Assembly (NCBI GenBank): GCA_965637545.1
Contig: OZ281497.1
Coordinates: 22,134,001 to 22,198,000 of the forward strand
Direction: 5' to 3'
DNA from: Phallusia mammillata
Lineage: Eukaryota
Length of the DNA: 64,000 nucleotides
In this document: piece by piece, positions 38,988-50,029 of the stretch
Layout: each line of letters begins with the position of its first letter
How positions within the stretch are numbered: the stretch's first letter is position 1
Notes under the pieces: generated by a model
What the model was told of the DNA's origin: nothing
The model's database searches: none
What the model saw: the letters and a program-made list of their open reading frames with translations, nothing else
Program-made: the position numbers and the translations under genes

Positions 38988-41746
38988 CAATCCATCATTT
39001 TTCGAAATGCCTTCTTTGTCCAACTGTTGTTAAAAGAAATACTTTGTACAAACTCCTTTTTCTGTTGTTATTTTAGGCAGGTGGCCTTCTATAGAAAAAA
39101 ATTGTGGAAACACTGTATAGTGCTTTAAATAGTGATCAATGAAATTTCAGTGTGCCGAAACGTTTTGACTGAATATGGCGTTTTGCAAATGCTTCGGTTC
39201 CAATCCGAACTTTAAAAATTCGGCCGAAACCGAACTTTTTAAATGTATGTAATTGATGCCCAAACTTTCAATATCGCCAATTTAAAACATTTTTTAATTA
39301 ACTCATTGTTGTATCTACAAAGATGGAGCGACGTTGTCTGCAAAATTATCTGCGTTTTTGTCCAGTTGTTTTTATGTTGTTGTAACAGTTGTTATGGAGT
39401 GCCATAAACGAGTTCATCAACGGGTTTAGTTAAGAACATCCACCGAAAAGGGAATTTTAGGTTAGACCTGATTTGGTGGCACTTTTTTTCGACTCTACAG
39501 TTTTGGCCCGAACCGTTTTAAGCCGGGTTTGATGCACCATTAGTTTTAAGGTTTTTTGGTTTTTAAAACGCCAATTTTAATCTTATATTCATATGGGGTG
39601 GCAGTTAATTTGATGTATTCGAAAATTAGTCGGTCTCATTCAGTTTAAATGGCCAAGTCCCTTTTCATAAACGTAATACCTAATTCGGCAATATCGGACA
39701 TAAGCCCGAATGGCACTTCAACTTTATCCTTAAGGTTTAATTCAAGCGAGAACCAAAAATAATGATTTTGGCGGAAAACCTCCACGATAATTCTATTTGT
39801 GTCATGTGGTTACGCCTCAATCTTCATTATGTGTGTTTTGCGTGCATGCATGACAAAGCGAACGAGTCTACACTTCTAAACGACTATAACGACTAACATT
39901 CAGTGTAAAGTTGTGCTGTGGTTAGTAAGTGGTCGAAATCTAAGTAAGAATCGTTTAAACTGTAAAGGTGTTTTCACAGTTGCTTTTAAGGCAATTGGTG
40001 ATGTTCTGTCGGACAATCTGTTAAGTGTATTGCGAAAGGCCGAACAAATTTGATTGACAGATTAGCCAGACATAAAAGAAGTAACTTGATTGGCAGAAAA
40101 ACGTATAACAACCAGTTTAAACGCCAAAACACGTTCGAAATTTGTCAAGGTCCCGCAAATCCACATATGAAATTAGAGCCTAAAGATTCGGTTTAGGAGA
40201 GTAAGACTGTGTAAAACATAGCCTTTTAGTTATTTTTTTTTTCAAAGGTTTAAGAATGAAGTATCTTTAAAGCACTTGTTAAATCGGTTTGACTGCACCA
40301 TCGTAAAACATGGAGTTAAAACCATGGTTTAACTGGGGCATTGGATTAATTGCTGTAATTCAGGTTTTCGGTACATCGTTCTTTTGTGATCAAAAACCAG
40401 AGTAAGTTTTTTGCAATTTTTTACACACAATCTGTGTGCAGTTTTCATTATCAAGGTTGCGTTGCCGGGTACAGTTATAAGTTGTTGTTTTTTTAATGTT
40501 GTGCAGTTGTTCCACACCAGCTTGGCGATTTCGAATGTTTGTCTGCATTTTAGCTGGATTGGCTTCATGTTGTTGCTGTTGAGTAAACTCTCAAAAGTCC
40601 ACACACATTCATGCAAAGCATTTGAATTTTGGAACTGGAATTTGTGGAGGGTAACTTTTTATTCTTATTATTTATGTTTGGGTGAAGTGGGTTAAAGTAT
40701 ATAGCTATGAATTTTACAAGATTTTTTTTAATGTAGTTAAACTGTTCACTTTGCATTCAGGTATCATACTATTTTGTTCTGGAATGGAATGTGAAAATTT
40801 GTTACTTGCAAAGGTGATAATTCTTCCAATGTTGCATGCTATCTTCCAATATAATGCAATGTGAGATTAAAACTATTAAAAACCTAATTAGGCACTTGCA
40901 CTGAATTTTTATTCTTGCGTTTGTGCAGCCATAATCTTTTAACCGTCAGGTCGTAATTTCTTCCTTATTTTGTTGGAATTTATGTGGCTTAACAAGCAAG
41001 ATACTTTTGTCTATGATGAATAAATAAAGTTTTGTGGAAGATAACGCATGTTCCTGCCTGTGGTTCGAAACCAAACTAATGATAAAGGATCACATCGAGT
41101 GTCTGTTTACGCATTTATTCTGCCATAAGGGTCAGCGTTTTTTTAATGTGTGTGGGTCCAATGACCAGGCGTATTTAGCAATCGTTCTGTATTTACTATA
41201 TTGTAATTCTATTTTGAAGCCTTGCGTTTCTCTAAGCAACAGCCTAAAGTGACATTGCTACGTGTCAAAGCCTACAAATTTGAAGTGAACCAACGGATTT
41301 AAACAGACAGTAGTTGACCCACTTATACAAACTTATAATGAGAACAGTGCATGTAGGACTGTAACTGTACATTGGTTACATAAGCAACAAAATATTAATA
41401 CACCGCAGTATCCTAGCTATACCGCAGTATCCTATTCAGTTTTAAAGCATGTAGATAAATCAAATAGTATGTTTGAAGCCAGACTAACTACCATTCCTTA
41501 CTTGCCTGTGGTAGTGAGGTTTAAATGATAATAATTCGTTAAACAAACAAGATATTTCAACAATACCAAAAATAAATCATTTCATTCAGAAGAGTTTCTG
41601 AAATTTTTAATCTGCTCGTGCATAAATGACAATTATCTCGTTGTTTACTGAATTTTTTTATATAACTTTGCGTCAATTTTCGTTTTTTGCGCTTTATAAA
41701 ACAATATATTTTGCCTTTCAACAAATGGAGTTCGCTGTGGTCTAAG

Positions 41747-42264
41747 CAGGGAGTCGAACCGGAACTGAACCCGAACCCGCGAACCGGTTTGAGCGGTTAA
41801 TTTCATTAAACCCGAACCGCTAATTATGATTTTCTAAAAACCCGAAACGGAGTTGAACCCGATATTTTGTTTGGCGTTGGACCCAAACCGGAACCGGAAC
41901 CGAACCAGTAAACAATGCAGTCTGTTTTATATTTTGTGATTTTTTTTTCAGAACAGCGCACTGAAGAATACACGAGATAACGCTTATAGGGCGTGTCAAA
42001 ACTAACAGTGCACGGGCAAAATTCTTTTGGATATTGATAAGGCCAGGTAGATGATGGGTAGAATTAAATTAAAACGAATACAATTTTAAACCGGTTTGAA
42101 AACCGCAAACCGGTTCGGACCGGATAATTTACCCAAACCGGAACAAAACCCGAACCCGAAAATATACATTTTTAAAAACCTGAACCGAACCCGAATCCTT
42201 AAAAACAAAACCAAGGGAACCCAAACCGAACCTGAACCCATATGATAAGCGGTTCGACTCCGTG
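41747..42264. mobile_element. hAT-type MITE, 518 bp
   Basis: TIR cagggagtcgaacc with 1 mismatch; TSD ggtctaag; many aacccg/aaccg subterminal motifs. Confidence 0.93.
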
Positions 42265-43886
42265 GGTCTAAGAGAAGTTTTAGAGATTCTTTAACTAGTG
42301 ATGATCGAAAAGGTTTATGACCTCATAGACGTTCGGTTACAAGACCCCAGACGAAAAATGCTTTAGGTTGCACATGCAAGAGATATTATGTTCAACCAGT
42401 ATCGTTAGATAACTGGGTATAGAGCTACTAACACCATACTTGACAGACCAACATTTAGCTAATTTTCGATAGGTTTGTCACCCTGTCAACAAATACCGGG
42501 TTTAACATGTAAACCAACAAAACAGCGTGCAAAAACCCTGTATTTCTCTTAAGTTTGTATAAGGATGCAGTCATTAAAAAACGGCTTTACAAATATCGTA
42601 CCAAGAAGAAACGCTGAAGCCAGTGTGGTCAATGCCAGTATTTCAGGAGAGTGAAAACTGTCTCGTCGATGGGAAATCCCCTTGTGTCGGAGGTAAGTTT
42701 TCTACGGCAAAAATACGTTTAAGGAAAAAGGTAATGTTGAGTAAAGCATCATGTGCCTTGTGTGCTTTGCTTCGCGCTTTTGACCAACAGATTAAAAAGG
42801 TGCATTGCTTGAGTTACATTAGAAAATTTAAGCTTATGTTTTCGGTCTTTTGATAAACCTTTAACTTTAGAACTAATATTGGGCTAATTTAAATTATACG
42901 ATAAAAGAGCAGTATACTAACAGTGGTTTCACACCTTCCCTATCATTAGGCGTTGTTGTCCTCGTGCAAATGTTTAGGACAGTTTGGCATTAGTTGCCAA
43001 TATTTACGCAAAGAAAACTATTTCTTTTGTTGTCTTTTTACATAAGCATGTTGGAACAGTTTTGCAAGCATATATGCTACTGTGTATTTCCAAAAAGTAA
43101 TCAAAACAAAATAAATGTTGACCTAACCATTTAAAGTTTAGTTTTTACACAAGTTAACAAAGGCAAACATAATAGACTACATTGAACTTCAGCCCAAACC
43201 GTAAAAGCCCTTTTTTGCTACAAGGGGAAATCGTTTTCGTGGAAATCACCAGGTGCAGCTTATTTAGGTGTCCCAGAGAGAGAGATGATGAGAGATGAGT
43301 TTATTTCGCTCGGTGAACATAGCGACACAATAGCACCAAAACAATCACCAAGCCGGAAATAGCTCTAGAGGCAGTCCATGTGCGTCATGTGGTTAAACCC
43401 TAATCTTTTTTGTTATGTGTTTCGCCCTGATGGATAACATAGCGAACGACTTTACACTTCTAGCAGTAATACAGCTAACAGCTGCACGCAAAAGCACAGG
43501 TATGCTTGTGCTTGGTCCGTCTTGCCAATTTGAAAGTGGAGATTTCGCATTTGTTTTAATGTGCAAATGCAGCAATGACTTTCAGTGCTTTGGTCTCAGA
43601 TTGTTGTTTTAGATTTGGTCGAAGATGAACTATGCTTTGAAATTATGTCAGTCAGACACAATCAGCTGTTAAAATGCCCAAGTCTAACTTTTTAGTGCAA
43701 GGATTCCTATTTATACCGGACATTTTAACCTAAATAAACGCAGGGATTCTAACAGCTAAGAATATAACTGTAATATGCATGGTCCTTAAAACTATTCAAA
43801 CCTTTTGATCTAGGTTAAAACATAAATTTATTTTAATAAACGTTGCTGAGTTTGGTTTGTTTCATCATTATTATCATAGTGCAATC

Positions 43887-44426
43887 ATGACTTGGCCCAC
43901 AATTGGAATTATAACAACTGCTTCAATCCAGTTTTTGTGTGCATTGTTCAATTGTGATTGTGACAATGACAAAGAGTAAGTTTGTGCAATTTGTGTCTGC
44001 GCAACGGTTTTACTTTTACCAGCAGGTTTAATTATGTTGTTGTCTGCACAGATGTTGCAACTTTGCGTGGTTCTTACAATTGTTTGTCAGCGTGTTGGCA
44101 GGATGGGGTTCATGCTTTTGCTGTTTTGCCAACCTTCAATCAAACACAAAGGACGACGTATTTCTTATCCATTTTGGAATTGGTTTTGGTCAGTTTTTTG
44201 CAGGTGCTTATATTTCGTATTTTGTTCAGGTAAACAGTTAGGAGTAAAGGTAAAAATAACAACTTTGTTTAAGCCACAACGACGTTAATTACAAATGTGG
44301 GGTTTGTACGTGGTTGACCAGGCAAAGCACGCGGTGTTAATTGTCTTTCTAGAAATGTGCCAAACAAGATTGTTTATCTCTGCATCGACAGCGTACACAA
44401 GCACGCACATTATTTATGCCCCCTAA
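43887..44426 (+). CDS. Small hydrophobic Cys-rich protein, paralog F (closest to E)
   Basis: Exons 43887-43975, 44052-44203 and 44392-44426 (an in-frame alternative acceptor exists at 44353). MTWPTIGIITTASIQFLCALFNCDCDNDKECCNFAWFLQLFVSVLAGWGSCFCCFANL...GIGFGQFFA. Confidence 0.7.
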
Positions 44427-44554
44427 ATGACGTTTTCTTAAAATGTGAAACTCGTATCATTTGTAATTACTTATTTAAACCTAATCTTTAACCAGTTGTT
44501 TACCGCGCATTTCCAAATGACGAAGTTGTAGATAAGTCTAAATAGGCTATAGTA

Positions 44555-45573
44555 TAGGGTTGCCATATTTTATGAAACACAATCCCTGACAAAATTTATC
44601 TCGGTTGCGTGAACCCAGTTTTTCTCAAACTTTAAGTCTAAATGTGTTGACGTAAGTCTGAGTGTGTATTTCAGAAAAACGAAAGTTGATTGCAGGATTT
44701 TAGCTAGTTATGCAAAATTGCGCATAACAATGATCCAAATCTGACATCACAGACATGACAAAAACATTACAATTGTGCGCGAACAATTGCATTTTGTTAG
44801 TTGTTATGCAATAAAGCCTATTGTTTAACAATGGAGACGGTCGATTCTCACTTGAACTTTGATTTCAACTTATCCAGTTGCACAAACTGACGCCAAATAA
44901 GGTTATAGAATTACTTCCACCTTTTCGAGGTCCCCGCAAAATGCCCTAAAGGACCGCGGACCCCAGTCTGAGAACCGCTGCGTTGATCATTTTTGCGATC
45001 CAAACACTTCTATTCCGGAATAAACGCTTCTGTTTAGTTAAGCTCTTTTTTAACCAAAAAAATTAAACGATGGTAGTGACAAGGAGCTTTTTAAATTTGA
45101 AGAAAAATGCCACTGTAAAAATGTTCCACTGTAAAAATGCCACTGTAAAAATGACTTTTAGTTGTTAGTTAGTTCCCTGCATATTAGGTACACAGTTAAA
45201 TGAAATTTTCCACGTTCTCATGTAGCTTCGAATACTGTGTTTTCTTGAAACGCGGATTTTTATTTGTGTATTTAACGCATATTGTTAAAGATCTAGTAAC
45301 AAACAGGTATTGTTACGCGCGCACACACATCAAACAGTAACAGGTACGTTAACCTGCGTGCCGCCAGTTTACCTCTTATCGTTTCATGGTATAGACGCGG
45401 TTGTAGCTGTCTACTAGAAACTTTCTCCGTTGGTACATTAATTTTATAATATATACAAATATTTTTTCTTGAATTCCGGACTTTTAGGTACATTTTACCA
45501 TTTCTCCCTGACGCAGATTTAAACACTAAATTCCCGGACATGTCAGGGAAAATCCGGACGAATGGCAACCCTA
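44555..45573. mobile_element. Non-autonomous hAT element, 1019 bp
   Basis: 11-bp TIR tagggttgcca; perfect TSD ctatagta. Confidence 0.92.
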
Positions 45574-45781
45574 CTATAGTACAAGAATTCTACTTGGCCG
45601 AAATCCTTATAACGCACGAATTTAACATACTTTTGCAGGCTGCATTTTGCTTGGAATCGATGCGGCAAGTAGAAAGAAAGATATTGAAACTCGTGGTTTC
45701 TTCAAAGCATTTTTGCTTCCATTTTTGCATTGTGCTTTTCAGTGTTGGATGCCTTGAATTTGATCCAAACTAACACTAAAG

Positions 45782-46122
45782 CAGTGCTTCTTAACCTTTT
45801 GAGCGCTTGTACCCTTTGAGCTTTCATAAAATTTTCTCGTACCCCCGTCTAAAATGGCCGACGGAAGTTGATAAAGTTGTAATAATAGGAACTAACATAA
45901 TTGTAATAATAGGTATTAAAACTTGCTTGTTGAATGTATGTATTAAAACAGTATTGTAAGTAGGACAAAACCAACCCGTTTTAGACACATAACAAAGTAA
46001 CTAGCTACGTATTTTTTAAAAATATGCCTAAATACGGTATGATTTCACCCTTCATGTCGTACCCCCTGCTTTAGTGCCTCATACCCCCAAGGGGTACATG
46101 TACCCCTGGTTAAGAACCCCTG
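45782..46122. mobile_element. hAT-type MITE, 341 bp
   Basis: TIR cagtgcttcttaacc / ggttaagaacccctg; TSD cactaaag. Confidence 0.92.
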
Positions 46123-46320
46123 CACTAAAGTTTGATGTAAATTTGTCATATTTTTTTTGTGCTGCTGTTGTTTTAAAAGATAATTCTTTGGTAGGAAAAA
46201 CTATTTTGCTTTCTACCAAATAAAGTTTTACAGAAGTAGAAAAAAGGAGTGTGACGAAAGCGTTTAAGTATCTATACTTTGCACAGTGGTTCTCAGCCGG
46301 TGGTATGCGTACCACTTGAC

Positions 46321-46992
46321 CAGGGGTGGGCAAACCACGCGAGATGATTTTTCATGCCACGCCAACCGATTTGCGTGTTTATATTAAAATACTAATTTTA
46401 CATGTTACACTGCTTGTTTTCGTTTTTTTATTATGTCGCAATGTCTTAAAATTCAGCCAAGGTGCACAAAACGTTCTTCTTTTTTCTTATTGTTGATATC
46501 ACTTGGCACAAACCACCAGGATATTACTCAGAAAAATGTTGCCACGCAAAGTCATTACTGGTGATGTACCGAACCTAGCTAAAATGATTTGAGCCGAAAC
46601 CGAGTAATTTCGGCCGAATCAGGCTGCACCTCAAATCCCATTTCTGGTGGATGTTTTCAACTGAACCTTTTGTTGTTGATGCAGGTGAACTCATTTATCA
46701 CATTCCAAATCACTTTTACAATACGTGTAAGCTTTACCAAACTTCTAATATTTTAAAGACAATGAGGCTCGTATTTTATAAATCCAACAATTAGTTCATT
46801 TGTGATGTTTCATATTGGCGAAAATCAGAGTTTATGCACTAATTCCATGCAGTCAAAAAGAAGCATTGAAAAACAGCGTATTCGGCCAAAATGTTTCGTC
46901 CAACCGAAACTTCGGTGCATAACTAGTAATTACCACATCGAAATAACAAGTTAATCCCCAGCCGTCGCTTAAAAGTTGGCTGACCCACGACT
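46321..46992. mobile_element. Degenerate MITE of the 60307 family, interrupted by a nested MITE at 46559-46925
   Basis: Left end caggggtgggcaaacc, with internal similarity to 60307-60614. The nested element has TIR-like ends (tggtgatgtaccgaa / ttcggtgcataacta) and TSD gtcattac/gtaattac. Confidence 0.7.
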
Positions 46993-47408
46993 AATACCCG
47001 AAGACTTTTCGGTACTTTATTTATTTCGTCATTTTACACACGAATCGCTTATTCTGACATAATAAGTTTGTTATTTAAAACGGGTTGCGTATCACTTGTC
47101 ATGCTGCTTGCTGGTGCAAAATTAAGACGCTAGTAACTTTTTGTAAACAAAACGTTTAGTATTGAATTGTTTCGTCATAACTAAAACAAATATGCCTTAG
47201 TAATTTTAAATCTCAATTTAGAGTAAGCTATTAAATTGCCTAAAATACAAGTTTGTTTTAATAGAAGTTTTAAGGAAGACTGCATCGAGGATTTCGTAAA
47301 AATAATGCAATATTGATAAAACAGCAACAAAAGCAAGCAATTCAATAAAAAGAGCAAAGAGACAAGGGGCAAGCATCTCAACCATAGACTTGGGGAGTGT
47401 ATTATTTT

Positions 47409-47789
47409 CAGGGCGTCAAACCGGAACTGAATCCGAACCCGTAAACCGGTTTGAGCGGTTTATTTCATTAAACCCGAACCGAATCCGATCCGTTTATTAC
47501 GATTTTCTAAAAACCCGAACCAGAGTTGAACCTCATATTTTGTTTGTCGTTGGACTGTAACCGAACCAGTAAAAAATGCAGTCTTTATTATAATTTGTGA
47601 ACCGGTTTCAAACCGCAAACCGGTTTGGTCCGGATAATTTGCCCGAACCGGAACAAAACCCGAACCCGAAAATATACATTTTTAAAAACGTGAACCAAAA
47701 ACGAACCCCTTAGAACAAAACTAAGTGAACCCGAACCGAACCTGAACCCGTATTATAATACGCTTGTATACAAGCGGTTCGACGCCCTG
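47409..47789. mobile_element. hAT-type MITE, shorter relative of 41747-42264
   Basis: TIR cagggcgtc(a/g)aacc; TSD attatttt. Confidence 0.92.
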
Positions 47790-48234
47790 ATTATTTTATT
47801 GGTTCTCAACTGTTTCAGGATTATTGTACGTCCTGGGGTTGTTGTGGACGCAAAAAAAAGAAGAAAAAAACATTATGACGAAAAGTGACAACAAAAATTT
47901 GCCTGTTGTCAGAAATATGTAATATGTAGAAGGGTAAAAAAATAAGAAAATAAGTTGATTTCTTCTTGATTTAAGGTTTTCAGGAGACAGAGAAAATCAC
48001 GAAGAGCAGCAATAATACATATGTTTTGACTCTAATTTCTTTCTTTTTTTCAGTGGCGAAACTATATTTGTTCGAAATAGGTTTGGCTCACTAAAGTTTT
48101 AAAAATACTTACCACTGTATGTTCACGAAAAAATAGCAGAATAACTACGTTTAGTGCTTTTGTCGATGAAAAAAAACTGCAAGATTACATAAGCAAAACA
48201 TACTATGCTAAAAAGCAAGTAGAAAGGTTACAAC

Positions 48235-48548
48235 TAGAGATGTACCGAATATTCGGTTTGTCGAATTTGTTCGGCCGAATCGGCCATTTTTGCAAAGATT
48301 CGGTTCGGCCGAATAATTTGTTGCGATTCGGCCGAAACCGAAGTTTTTCCATTGTAGTCAAAAAATCAGTAGTTCATTGGTAGGTTGGCAATCATGCTTG
48401 AGGCAATGTAAAATCCCACAGAACTGAAATAAGGACGAAACTATTCTCCACTAACTGCCTGGTAGATAAACTTACGTTTTTATGTTAAACGCGTTGCGTT
48501 AACCGCAGAATATTCGGTTTCGGCCGAACCGAAATTTAGCTGATTCTA
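48235..48548. mobile_element. hAT-type MITE (55551 family) with a damaged right end
   Basis: Left TIR tagagatgtaccgaat; flanks gttacaac / gttacaa; internal identity to 55551-56046. Confidence 0.8.
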
Positions 48549-48555
48549 GTTACAA

Positions 48556-48677
48556 TTAAGATGAACATAAATTCATAACAGGGATCAGCCCTGAAGCGTC
48601 GATGCAGACGTCGAAGTGCTGAATGCTTGGTGACCGGCTGATTCGGTATGACGTCTTTAATGGGCCTGGCGTACTGT
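48556..48677 (-). mobile_element. Short retroposon-like fragment with a 14-bp target duplication
   Basis: Flanked by gattctagttacaa at 48542 and 48678. A related copy lies at 53086-53200. Confidence 0.55.
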
Positions 48678-50029
48678 GATTCTAGTTACAACTCATTAAG
48701 TTTAATTAGGCTTTCATTTCCATTCCCATTGTCCGAAATTATAGCATTTACTATGTGACGACAATGTCAATAACGTGGCGTTTTGAAAAACACCAGCCAT
48801 CATTTCCTTGTTAGATTGCAACGGTTGTTTTATGAAAAGTTTGTTAAATCGCTGGAATTCATTTATTTACAGAATAAACGGAAGAACAAAACTTCACAAA
48901 AAATGTAAAAAATCCAGCTTCAGTCGTTGAAATCCATCATCAAAACAGAAAAGTCGAACATACCAAAGCAAATTGTCAGACTAGATAGATTTTTTTCATT
49001 GTGATGATAGGCACAGCATTGGAGTACAGCGCCGACTGTCACACGATTTTACGACATTTAAACTACACAGGTAAATTAGTAGTAGTTTCGTATTTGTAAA
49101 AAAAAATCGACAAAATATTTGCAACATAGACCATACTTAGGCTGTGATCATTCAATACAATATAGGCAACAGAAGACCAGAAGAATATCTTCCAAATTGT
49201 TGTAACTGATATCGAATGGATTGAGAATGGCTGTCCTAAAATGCCGTTTAAGTACGACCAACTGAACCAACAAATGTAATATTTACATTTTTATCGTGTA
49301 AAGTTGGCAACGGCATTAAATCCGGACAAAATGGCTCAGACACTTCGCAGCATATGAAAAAAATTGAGGATGCAATGCAAAAAAATCTTTGGCAACTTGG
49401 CACCTTCGCGATTGTAACACCGCAAAAAAACTGGAAACGCTTGTACAGAAAAGGCAAATTTTTCGTACCATAGGTACTAAGACTAGCGTGCACCGTCGCA
49501 AGTCGACTTTTGTACTGTTCTGAAAAAAACCCTAATAGCGACCGCTTTAAGTTAATGTTGCAACAATACCACACAGCAATAGTGGAGATTGCTTAGGTGG
49601 ACAAAAACGTAGAAAATAGTTTTTTCGCTGATTGCTTTGCTTCAAGACACCGATAAGATTTATAAGCAGTTCGACTGGCAGGTAAAGACTGTAATGATAC
49701 AAAAAAATCCGCACCGTGCAAAAAAAACTTCACTCCAGTTTCAAGGAGCGTTATCAAAATCATTTCTGTACCGTGTAAGTTCAGCACCATTTAACAACAG
49801 TTCAATCAGATCTATATAGGAAAATTGCAATGCAATAATGGCCTCTCAATCAAGTAGATTGGAATTAAAAATGATTTTCTGCCTGTGCACAAAAGAAAAT
49901 ATATCTTTATCAACATAGACACTTTTAGATTTACCCTGTACAAAAAAGGAAAAAAAAAACTGCAAAAAGACCAGAGCATGGCAGGCTCTAGACAAAAAAG
50001 TGCTTTGGTGGTGTTGGTGGAAACTGGTT

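Noticed and set aside
18955-44426. Assigning the small membrane proteins to IFITM/dispanin, ninjurin, tetraspanin or MS4A
   Set aside because: No diagnostic motif of those families is visible; the resemblance is limited to size and hydrophobicity.
45103-45153. Three cactgtaaaa repeats as a CACTA terminus
   Set aside because: It is a short tandem repeat inside a hAT element with no partner end.
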